From the NCBI GenBank assembly GCA_032718475.1, contig JAUCBJ010006027.1:1-53551 (forward strand): 53,551 nt of DNA. Direction: 5' to 3'. A model generated the notes under the pieces. That model was not told the origin of the DNA, did no database searches, and saw nothing but the letters and a program-made list of their open reading frames with translations. Every line of letters begins with the position of its first letter. Position 1 is the first letter of the stretch. A program made the translations under genes and the position numbers. Shown here piece after piece: positions 32,101-44,100 of this stretch. The stretch comes from Nemertoderma westbladi. Lineage: Eukaryota > Animalia > Xenacoelomorpha.

Positions 32101-35100
32101 CTAGTTGTCCTGTGGTCCACTCTATGTCTACTGCCGACGCCCCTTAGCGGCCACCGCGGGGATTCATCACGTCGTAACTGTGGCGGCTCATCACGCCGCA
32201 ACTGAGGCGGCTCATCTCGTCGTAACTGTGGCGGCGCTTCTATCTTGGCGGGACTCGGGAGGTCGTTGATTAAACCCAGGGCTTTCTCGAACAACGGCCT
32301 GGTTTCGTTAGTGAGCGCTTCGTGGGAGAACTTGCACTTGTCGCCGGCGTAGCAGGTTGCGTTGGTGTGGAAGAACTTACACGGGTAGGTTAGATGGAGG
32401 TAAGGGCACTTCCCATCGTCCCCTCTTTGGCAATGACCTTCCAGGTAATATTTACACAATTCGGTTCTGCAAAAAATATAAGTTGAAGTCATAAATTGCT
32501 TGTTGTATCTGGGAACTCGTTACTATAGAGTTATGAAGACTATTAGGGAGCAGGTTACTTACACGTTATTCCACAAAAAATAATCGAAAGTCAAAGTCAA
32601 TAGAACAGGTTACAGTTTCATTGAATTATTGGTCGTAATCAGCTGTTATAGGGAATGACAACTCCGCTCCGTAAGTCACTGTTATTTAATTACCCACCGT
32701 GGGCAATTAATACTCACTTACAACATCAGAACATAACGTTTTGAATAAATTTTCTATAATCTAAAAGAATTCCGGACGACTCACTTTAACACGGAAGGAA
32801 CATTCTCGGAATCGTAAGTAACTCGTTTAAACCGCGACACGTCGGCCTCAGGGCCGCCGGTAACATCGGCCGTCGGGGGCGGGGTCCCTCGTCCACGGTC
32901 GTCGCCGTAGTTCTCCCGGACTCGTCGCGGCGGGAAACGAACCGCGTGTTTGAAGTTACACGTATCGCCCTGGGAAAAGTGAGAGAAAATAATTGGTAAA
33001 TTAGCAACATCATCATCTACACCATGGCGTGCGGTGAGCTAAATAAAATAGCTTGAGTTGAGCTAAATATCGTGTGGTGAGCTAAATTAGAACAATTTAC
33101 TTGAAACTAGAATCTTTCAAATGAACTTACCCGCTCACAAAACCCGCGATTGGAGAAATGTCTGCAGACACTGCGGAGATCGTGTCTGTCGGACGGCGGT
33201 CGTCGGAAGGTTGTGATCCGATCGCGTTGCGACACATCCGATCTGTAATCCCGCGATCTGCGATCCCTGTCCGACTCTGCGGATCTGCCGTCGAAGTCCC
33301 GACGAGGTTTCGTCTCGTCTAGTCGGGGTTTCTTCTTCGCAGCCCGGTCCGATGGGTTCCGAAATGTTCCCTGGAAGCGGAAATGGAAAATATAAGTAAT
33401 AATTCTAGAGTTTTTCTATTTACTCGCAGAAACTTTAGAAAATAATACTGATAACAGATGGGAGAGACCTTTAGACTAAATCAAAATTCATACCTCTCCA
33501 CTCCAGGGAAATATCGACGTAAATAACATCTGATTACTTTCAAAAATGAAACTTTAAAACCTGTTCTATTTACTTTACTTTAGTTTATTGTTTTGGTTAG
33601 ATTAATGAATATAATTCGCAGAGACGATATATTAATTCGGCCGTGACGGGATTGCGTCCAGCCACCCCCCCCCCCCCCCCCCCCCTCTCTCTACACCCCC
33701 AGTCCCCCACCCCTCTGCACCCCCCACCTCGCTGCCCCCCCCCACCCCTCTGCACCCACCGCCCCTCTGCCCCCCCCTCTCTGCACCCCCAGCCCCTCTG
33801 CACCCCCCCCCCCTCTGCCCCCCAGTCCCCCACCCATCTGCCCCCCCACCTCTCTGCCCCCCCCACCCCTCTGCACCCTTCTCATTAACAGAAAATTAAT
33901 CACATTCATTAATTTGAAAACTAAGAGCGATTTAATAAAAAGAAACAATATTCGCAATTTAGTAAATTAGTAAATTCGAATAGAATCGTATAAAAATTCA
34001 ACTAATAGACAAAGTAAATAATAGTAAATACAGAGATGTTGAGATACTAACGAGCTTCTCGTTACCAGCTACGCACACATCCATAGCGGATTCGTCTACC
34101 ATGGAGAGCAAGGTGGTCCGAGGTGCGGGATCTACTGGTTCCAACTCCTCCGAAGTAACAGACGGACTGGGTTCGTCCTCCCCGGAGGCGCCCGTCGGTG
34201 ACGTCATGGGAGGAGCCATCATCGGCATCATCATTGGTCCGTACGGCGTGTAACTATAGCGACAACGGAAATGAGTGTAACTATGGTAACGATGGTTAAG
34301 AGGACCAGTAAGTAAATATGATAAGAATGAGGGTTAATGAAACCATGGTAACAACTAACAACCATACTGTACTTAAATATAATCACTTAAAAATGTTCTA
34401 GAAACGTTTAATATTTCAATAAAGATTGTTCGTTCTGGTAATTAAACAGCGGTACTAACAATGGCATCATTCCTTGAATCATATTCATAGCCGCCATTGG
34501 GTGGTACATGTTGGGTCTCGGTGGAGACATCGCTTCCGGTGTAGAAGATTTCTGTAAGAAACCAAAGGAACAATAAATTATAGAATTGGTACTTTAGTTA
34601 TATTTAATTACAAAGGTCGGGAGACACAACCAAAACAATAAACCCCTAGTAGACCTACCGATCGGCGTCGGGAGAGCTAACCAAAACAATAAACCCCTAG
34701 TAGACCTACCGATCGGCGTCGGGAGAGCTAACCAAAACAATAAACCCCTAGGTAGACCTACCGATCGGCGTCGGGAGAGCTAACCAAAACAATAAACCCT
34801 TAGGTAGACCTACCGATCGACGTCTTCGCTTCTTCTTCGACTTCCGTCGCGGTTCAGGGTCATCCGAGGTCGCGGGTTTATCGTCGTCGTCAGCAGCGCC
34901 ATCCTCCTATAAGAACGAGCACAACGAGTGATTATTGGGTAAAGAAGCAGCAGAATGGATAATATCCATCCATCATACATTATATTCTCTATTAAACAAA
35001 CTTATAATTTATTATTGATACATAAAATAGCAGATGAGTTAATTTGTTTGTTTTGAACTTGTTGACTAACATAAGAAGTCATACAAGTCAGATATTGAGT

Positions 35101-38100
35101 TAGCAAAGCCAATATTGAGTTAGCTAAGCCAATATTGAGTTAGCTAAGCCAATATTGTGTTAGCCAAGCCAATATTGAGTTAGATAAGCCAATATTGAGT
35201 TAGCTAAGACAATATTGAGTTAGCCAAGCCAATATTGAGTTAGCTAAGCCAATATTGAGTTAACTAAGTCCATATTGAGTTAGCCAAGCCAATATTGAGT
35301 TAGCTAAGCCAATATTGAGTTAGCTAAGCCAATATTGAGTTAGCTAAGTCCATATTGAGTTAGCCAAGCCAATATTGAGTTAGCTAAGCCAATATTGAGT
35401 TAGCTAAGCCAATATTGAGTTAGCTAAGCCAATATTGAGTTAGCTAAGCCAATATTGAGTTAGCCAAGCCAACATTGAGTTAGCTAAGCCAATATTGAGT
35501 TAGCTAAGCCAATATTGAGTTAGCTAAGACAATATTGAGTTAGCCAAGCCAATATTGAGTTAGCTAAGCCAATATTGAGATAGCTAAGCCAATATTGAGT
35601 TAGCTAAGTCCATATTGAGTTAGCTAAGCCAATATTGAGTTAGCTAAGCCAATATTGAGATAGCTAAGCCAATATTGAGTTAGCTAAGACAATATTGAGT
35701 TGAGTTAGTTAAGCCAAAATATTGAGATAGCTAAGCCAATATTGAGTTAGCTAAGACAATATTGAGTTAGCCAAGCCAATATTGAGTTAGCTAAGCCAAT
35801 ATTGAGTTGGCTAAGCCAATATTGAGTTAGCGAAGTCCATATTGAGTTAGCTAAGCCAAGATTGAGTTAGCCAAGCCAATATTGAGTTAGCTAAGCCAAT
35901 ATTGAGTTAGTTAAGCCAAAATATGGAGATTGCTAAGCCAATATTGAGTTAGGTAAGATAATATTGAGTTAGCTAAGCCAATATTGAGTTAGCCAAGCCA
36001 ATATTGAGTTAGCTAAGCCAATATTGAGTTGGCTAAGCCAATATTGAGTTAGCGAAGTCCATATTGAGTTAGCTAAGCCAAGATTGAGTTAGCCAAGCCA
36101 ATATTGAGTTAGCTAAGCCAATATTGAGTTAGTTAAGCCAAAATATGGAGATTGCTAAGCCAATATTGAGTTAGGTAAGATAATATTGAGTTAGCTAAGC
36201 CAATATTGAGTTAGCTATGCCAATATTGAGTTAGCTAAACCAATATTGAGTTAGATAAGCCAATATTGAGTTAGCTAAGCCAATATTGAGTTGAGTTAGT
36301 TAAGCCAAAATATGGAGATTGCTAAGCCAATATTGAGTTAGGTAAGACAATATTGAGTTAGCTAAGCCAATATTGAGTTAGCTAAGCCAATATTGAGTTA
36401 GCTAAACCAATATTGAGTTAGATAAGCCAATATTGAGTTAGCTAAGCCAATATTGAGTTGAGTTAGTTAAGCCAAAATATGGAGATTGCTAATCCAATAT
36501 TGAGTTAGGTAAGACAATATTGAGTTAGCTAAGCCAATATTGAGTTAGCTAAGCCAATATTGAGTTAGCTAAACCAATATTGAGTTAGATAAGCCAATAT
36601 TGAGTTAGCTAAGCCAATATTGAGATAGCTAAGCCAATATTGAGTTAGCTAAGACAATATTGAGTTGAGTTAGTTAAGCCAAAATATTGAGTTAGCTAAG
36701 CCAATATTGAGATAGCTAAGCCAATATTGAGTTAGCTAAGACAATATTGAGTTGAGTTAGTTAAGCCAAAATATTGAGATAGCTAAGCCAATATTGAGTT
36801 AGCTAAGACAATATTGAGTTGAGTTAGTTAATCCAAAATATTGAGATAGCTAACCCAATATTGAGTTAGCTAAGCCTATATTGAGTTAGCTAAGCCAATA
36901 TTGAGTTAGCTAAGCCAATATTGAGTTAGCTAAGCCGCTATTGAGTTAGCTAAGCCAATATTGAGTTAGCTAAGCCAATATTTAGTTGGCTACGCCAATA
37001 TTGAGTTGGCTAAGCCAATATTGAGTTGGCTAAGCCAATATTGAGTTGGCTAAGCCAATATTGAGTTAGCTAAGCCGCTATTGAGTTAGCTAAGCCAATA
37101 TTGAGTTAGCATTTTCCAGTAACACCTAAACTAAGGCCCGGTCCACACTAAGTGTTAATGTTGCGGACACAAGTTGCCGTTCGCCGTCGAAGCGTATCTG
37201 CAATATTCTCTCAGATTTATTTTAAAAAAATTATGTACGCAGTTTCTCGAGTGTCCCGTTTGATATTATTGTTACTCTGGATTGTCTCACACGCACCGAA
37301 TTGTGTTTATCTTTATCTCCATGGTGATGATGTCGATGTCTTTTTTGCTTTCGTTTTTTCTTCTTAGGTTTTTCCTCTCCCAATTCCTAAAACAAAGAAA
37401 TACGATATCAAATATTTAATTATATAAATCCTAAGAGCAAATTCGCTAAGAATCTATTTTAACATTTTGTTTTCATTTTAACATATTTTAATATACTGTA
37501 ACGGTTAGCGGTGGCCCTATACTGTAACGGTTTGCGGTGGCCCTAATATACTGTAACGGTTAGCGGTGGCCCTATACTGTAAAGGTTAGCGGTGGCCCTA
37601 TCTTCTAATATACTGTAACGGTTAGCGGTGGCCCTATCTTCTAATATACTGTAACGGTTAGCGGTGGCCCTAATATACTGTAACGGTTAGCGGTGGCCCT
37701 ATCTTCTAATATACTGTAACGGTTAGCGGTGGCCCTATACTGTAACTGTTAGCGGTGGCCCTATCTTCTAATATACTGTAACGGTTAGCGGTGGCCCTAT
37801 ACTGTAACTGTTAGCGGTGGCCCTATACTGTAACGGTTAGCGGTGGCCCTAATATACTGTAACGGCTAGCGGTGGCCCTATCTTCTAATATACTGTAACG
37901 GCTAGCGGTGGCCCTATCTTCTAATATACTGTAACGGTTAGCGGTGGCCCTAATATACTGTAACGGTTAGCGGTGGCCCTATCTTCTAATATACTGTAAC
38001 GGTTAGCGGTGGCCCTATACTGTAACTGTTAGCGGTGGCCCTATCTTCTAATATACTGTAACGGCTAGCGGTGGCCCTATACTGTAACGGTTAGCGGTGG

Positions 38101-41100
38101 CCCTAATATACTGTAACGGCTAGCGGTGGCCCTATCTTCTAATATACTGTAACGGCTAGCGGTGGCCCTATCTTCTAATATACTGTAACGGTTAGCGGTG
38201 GCCCTATACTGTAACGGCTAGCGGTGGCCCTATACTGTAACGGTTAGCGGTGGCCCTATACTGTAACGGTTAGCGGTGGCCCTATCTTCTAATATACTGT
38301 AACGGCTAGCGGTGGCCCTATCTTCTAATATACTGTAACGGTTAGCGGTGGCCCTAATATACTGTAACGGTTAGCGGTGGCCCTATCTTCTAATATACTG
38401 TAACGGTTAGCGGTGGCCCTATACTGTAACTGTTAGCGGTGGCCTTATCTTCTAATATACTGTAACGGCTAGCGGTGGCCCTATCTTCTAATATACTGTA
38501 ACGGTTAGCGGTGGCCCTATCTTCTAATATACTGTAACGGTTAGCGGTGGCCCTATACTGTAACGGTTAGCTGTGGCCCTATACTGTAACGGTTAGCTGT
38601 GGCCCTATACTGTAACGGTTAGCGGTGGCCCTATACTGTAACGGTTAGCTGTGGCCCTATACTGTAACGGTTAGCGGTGGCCCTATCTTCTAATATACTG
38701 TAACGGTTAGCGGTGGCCCTATCTTCTAATATACTGTAACGGTTAGCGGTGGCCCTATACTGTAACTGTTAGCGGTGGCCCTATCTTCTAATATACTGTA
38801 ACGGCTAGCGGTGGCCCTATACTGTAACGGTTAGCGGTGGCCCTAATATACTGTAACGGCTAGCGGTGGCCCTATCTTCTAATATACTGTAACGGCTAGC
38901 GGTGGCCCTATCTTCTAATATACTGTAACGGTTAGCGGTGGCCCTATACTGTAACGGCTAGCGGTGGCCCTATACTGTAACGGTTAGCGGTGGCCCTATA
39001 CTGTAACTGTTAGCGGTGGCCTTATCTTCTAATATACTGTAACGGCTAGCGGTGGCCCTATCTTCTAATATACTGTAACGGTTAGCGGTGGCCCTATCTT
39101 CTAATATACTGTAACGGTTAGCGGTGGCCCTATACTGTAACGGTTAGCTGTGGCCCTATACTGTAACGGTTAGCTGTGGCCCTATACTGTAACGGTTAGC
39201 GGTGGCCCTATACTGTAACGGTTAGCGGTGGCCCTATACTGTAACTGTTAGCGGTGGCCCTATCTTCTAATATACTGTAACGGTTAGCGGTGGCCCTATA
39301 CTGTAACTGTTAGCGGTGGCCCTATACTGTAACGGTTAGCGGTGGCCCTAATATACTGTAACGGCTAGCGGTGGCCCTATCTTCTAATATACTGTAACGG
39401 CTAGCGGTGGCCCTATCTTCTAATATACTGTAACGGTTAGCGGTGGCCCTAATATACTGTAACGGCTAGCGGTGGCCCTATCTTCTAATATACTGTAACG
39501 GCTAGCGGTGGCCCTATCTTCTAATATACTGTAACGGCTAGCGGTGGCCCTATCTTCTAATATACTGTAACGGCTAGCGGTGGCCCTATCTTCTAATATA
39601 CTGTAACGGTTAGCGGTGGCCCTATCTTCTAATATACTGTAACGGTTAGCGGTGGCCCTATACTGTAACTGTTAGCGGTGGCCCTATCTTCTAATATACT
39701 GTAACGGCTAGCGGTGGCCCTATACTGTAACGGTTAGCGGTGGCCCTAATATACTGTAACGGCTAGCGGTGGCCCTATCTTCTAATATACTGTAACGGCT
39801 AGCGGTGGCCCTATCTTCTAATATACTGTAACGGTTAGCGGTGGCCCTATACTGTAACGGCTAGCGGTGGCCCTATACTGTAACGGTTAGCGGTGGCCCT
39901 ATACTGTAACGGTTAGCGGTGGCCCTATCTTCTAATATACTGTAACGGCTAGCGGTGGCCCTATCTTCTAATATACTGTAACGGTTAGCGGTGGCCCTAA
40001 TATACTGTAACGGTTAGCGGTGGCCCTATCTTCTAATATACTGTAACGGTTAGCGGTGGCCCTATACTGTAACTGTTAGCGGTGGCCTTATCTTCTAATA
40101 TACTGTAACGGCTAGCGGTGGCCCTATCTTCTAATATACTGTAACGGTTAGCGGTGGCCCTATCTTCTAATATACTGTAACGGTTAGCGGTGGCCCTATA
40201 CTGTAACGGTTAGCTGTGGCCCTATACTGTAACGGTTAGCTGTGGCCCTATACTGTAACGGTTAGCGGTGGCCCTATACTGTAACGGTTAGCTGTGGCCC
40301 TATACTGTAACGGTTAGCGGTGGCCCTATCTTCTAATATACTGTAACGGTTAGCGGTGGCCCTATCTTCTAATATACTGTAACGGTTAGCGGTGGCCCTA
40401 TCTTCTAATATACTGTAACGGTTAGCGGTGGCCCTATACTGTAACGGTTAGCGGTGGCCCTATCTTCTAATATACTGTAACGGTTAGCGGTGGCCCTATC
40501 TTCTAATATACTGTAACTGTTAGCGGTGGCCTTATCTTCTAATATACTGTAACGGTTAGCGGTGGCCCTATCTTCTAATATACTGTAACGGTTAGCGGTG
40601 GCCCTATCTTCTAATATACTGTAACGGTTAGCGGTGGCCCTAATATACTGTAACGGTTAGCGGTGGCCCTATCTTCTAATATACTGTAACGGTTAGCGGT
40701 GGCCCTATACTGTAACTGTTAGCGGTGGCCCTATCTTCTAATATACTGTAACGGCTAGCGGTGGCCCTATCTTCTAATATACTGTAACGGTTAGCGGTGG
40801 CCCTATCTTCTAATATACTGTAACGGTTAGCGGTGCCCTATACTGTAACGGTTAGCTGTGGCCCTATACTGTAACGGTTAGCGGTGGCCCTATACTGTAA
40901 CGGTTAGCGGTGGCCCTATCTTCTAATATACTGTAACGGTTAGCGGTGGCCCTATCTTCTAATATACTGTAACGGTTAGCGGTGGCCCTATCTTCTAATA
41001 TACTGTAACGGTTAGCGGTGGCCCTATCTTCTAATATACTGTAACGGTTAGCGGTGGCCCTATCTTCTAATATACTGTAACGGTTAGCGGTGGCCCTATC

Positions 41101-44100
41101 TTCTAATATACTGTAACGGTTAGCGGTGGCCCTATCTTCTAATATACTGTAACGGTTAGCGGTGGCCCTATCTTCTAATACCTCTTCCTGGTGCTCCGTT
41201 TTGTTCAACATTTCAACTTTCTCCGGAAGTTGTATTTCTTCTTCTTGATCAGTGAGTTCACCTTCTTCTTGGTCGCCACCGTTGGTCTCCATAGCAACTC
41301 CTACCGGTGCCTCAGCTACAACGGGAATTCCGCTACGTTCCTCCTGTTCCTCAACCGTTCGACGTTCCGATCTGTAAGATACAACAATGTAGTTTCGATC
41401 AACTATTTTTCACAAAGATTACTAACTAAATAAAACCGATAAATATGGTGTTTAACAAGAATACAGTAACAGCAGCAGTACAACGCAACGTTACGCTACG
41501 CCTACAACAAATAGAGATACTGAGTTTAGTTGAGCGTCGCTATAAGAACTAATAGTGTTAAATGTATCAATAATTCCCAATTAATTGCTAAACTCACGGA
41601 ACCAGGTAAAGTAAGTAGAATCAACTGCATAAAGCCGTATTACCTAAGTGTGCGAACTGAAATATAAAACTAATAATAAGAATTATTTTGTTATATTAAG
41701 AACTTCTTTTTTGATGTAGATGGGAATGCGAGCAAACCATGTGATCAAGATTAGCCTTGACATTAAACTCTGTTCTGTTGCCGTTGGGGATAGATGGCGA
41801 AGAAATGATGTTAACCTTAACCTTTTGTTTTATATGCCATAGCGGACGTGCTGCTGTACAGTAATACAATACCAACGATGTAATTAAACTTTCATTCATG
41901 AAAAGAAACACAAATATAAGAAATATAAACTGTGATGATATGATGGAATAGTGGACTCATAACTTAGTTAAGAGTTTCAGAGAAGATAAATTGCTTTGCT
42001 TACAAACATAAACCTTATTATTATAGTGAAATTCATCCTTATACAATTACCAGGTAAATGCAATTAATTATTAATTGCAAAATTTTTAATTTGTTAATTT
42101 TAAATAATAATATATTTTGGTTAACTTAGTGCCTTCTTTAGAAGCATATACAATTCCATGTAAAGCCACTAGAAGGTGTACTTGCGATAACCAGCTTATT
42201 CTATGAACATTCTGTGCCAAACCGCCAATACCATCCATCGTATTACGTTACCGCAAATAGTAGCACAAAGACGGTATGATTTACACAAACAAGAAACTTA
42301 CAAATCCCAAAGGCAATATGCCAGTATGTATCACCGCTATGTCGAGCCTTCTAGGTGCCCTGATTCTGACAACTGGAGAAGGCCTGAATTAACTAACCAA
42401 TCACAGTGTAATTCATATTAAATGGAGGGATTTCAATTGGAAGATTAGGTTATTAGCATCAGCTCTTACAGTGATGGAAGTTGGCTGGGCCAGGCTGGCC
42501 TGACTGACTGACCACAGCAGGTCAAAATTTAGAGAACAATTTAATAATATTTATAATAATAATAATAAATATCTGAATACATGCTCCTTAACATTAATAT
42601 TTAACATTATTTCGGGAATAAGTGGCTTACGGTGTTGCTAATCAGTGAATATGTACAGAAATATCAAGATAACAAACCAAACACATAGAATTATCAATGT
42701 TTTATGCATATTATACAAGGTTTAATTTGGTTAGCAGTAAACCTACCTGAAATAAATCTTAAACGCCAAGAACTTGGGTAAATTATATTCGCACAGCTCG
42801 AGCCGCAGTCATTCAAAACCCACTAACTAAAGCTGATGGTCAATTAATTTCAGCGGTATTATAATATCATGAATTCAATAAATAATCCTCCAAGATTCGA
42901 GTATTGAGTGAGATAGTCGTGGTACTACTTACTACTCAATGGGGAACTGAATGAAAGTTGAAACAGCTTAAACAACAATAAACCAATAAGCTACCATATA
43001 GTATTAAACAACGGTTAATTAAACAAAGACCCGACTAAAATACATTTTCAGTTATTGCTAGAGAAATCGTCTCACCTCAGATAAATGGGTATAACAGTTC
43101 TAGATATTGGTATTCTGTTTCTCATATCACAAGCTGGGAATTGGAATTGGAATATGCAATTTGTATTTAATCTTAATTTCTATTAATTATGCCAGGGAGT
43201 TATTTAAGATAAGGTGTGCTTGAAGGGGTGTGTGATGGTAATATCCTATTGGATTTTCAATGAGCAACTCAAACTGTTCATATGTAATACGATTATATTA
43301 CTTAATTATTATCAATTACAAATTATATTGATAAAACCAACGACTAACATTATTGTCAAAATGTATGTGGGAGAATGGGAGCAGAATACAGTAATCTAGA
43401 GGGCAATTTATTATATTGCATTCATATATCCAATAATAATTAATACATGGCCTATTTAACTAAATGTTACTAACGCTTTACAATCAATGCCTTGTTGTTG
43501 TTACCTTATAGAGTTGCGATGATTTTAAAGCATAGATTAGATTAACCAATTCAGTTCATGCTTATGATATGCATCTAAGTAATTGTTAATGAAGTCGAAA
43601 TATAGATGTCGTGAAATACGTAAATAAAAAATAAAGTACTAAGGACGAAGGTTGTTACCGCATTTCCATACATAATTATATTAAATTCTTGAAAGAAACA
43701 TTACTGAGGTAACTAAGTAGATATAGGTACATTATTATTAAATTAGCCCGGTTTTGATTCTGGAAATAAATTTATCTAATAGGTTAAAAAACATACATAT
43801 AATATTTATTTAAAAAATCAAATTAATTTTACATCCCCAATGTAAAAACACCAGTAACCATAACCATCGCAATTGCGATTGGAGTTAGGTCAAGTTAGCC
43901 TAATACATTCCTCCATTCTCATTTATCCATTTAGTCTCATAGTGTCAGTCAATTCCCCAAAGTCAGTCACTTAGACATTCAGTTCCCCACCCAATACCAG
44001 TCAGTTAGCCATTCAGTTTTCCACCCAATACCAGTCAGTTAGCCATTCAGTTCCCCACCCAATACCAGTCAGTTAGCCATTCAGTTCCCCACCCAATACC

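Noticed and set aside
33597-33957. Gly- or Pro-rich ORFs
   Set aside because: Translations of a C-homopolymer-rich intronic tract.
40864-41292. Stand-alone 142-aa repeat protein
   Set aside because: The unique part is exon 2 of the ZC3H4-like gene with a phase-compatible donor; the rest is satellite read-through, kept only as a possible retention isoform.
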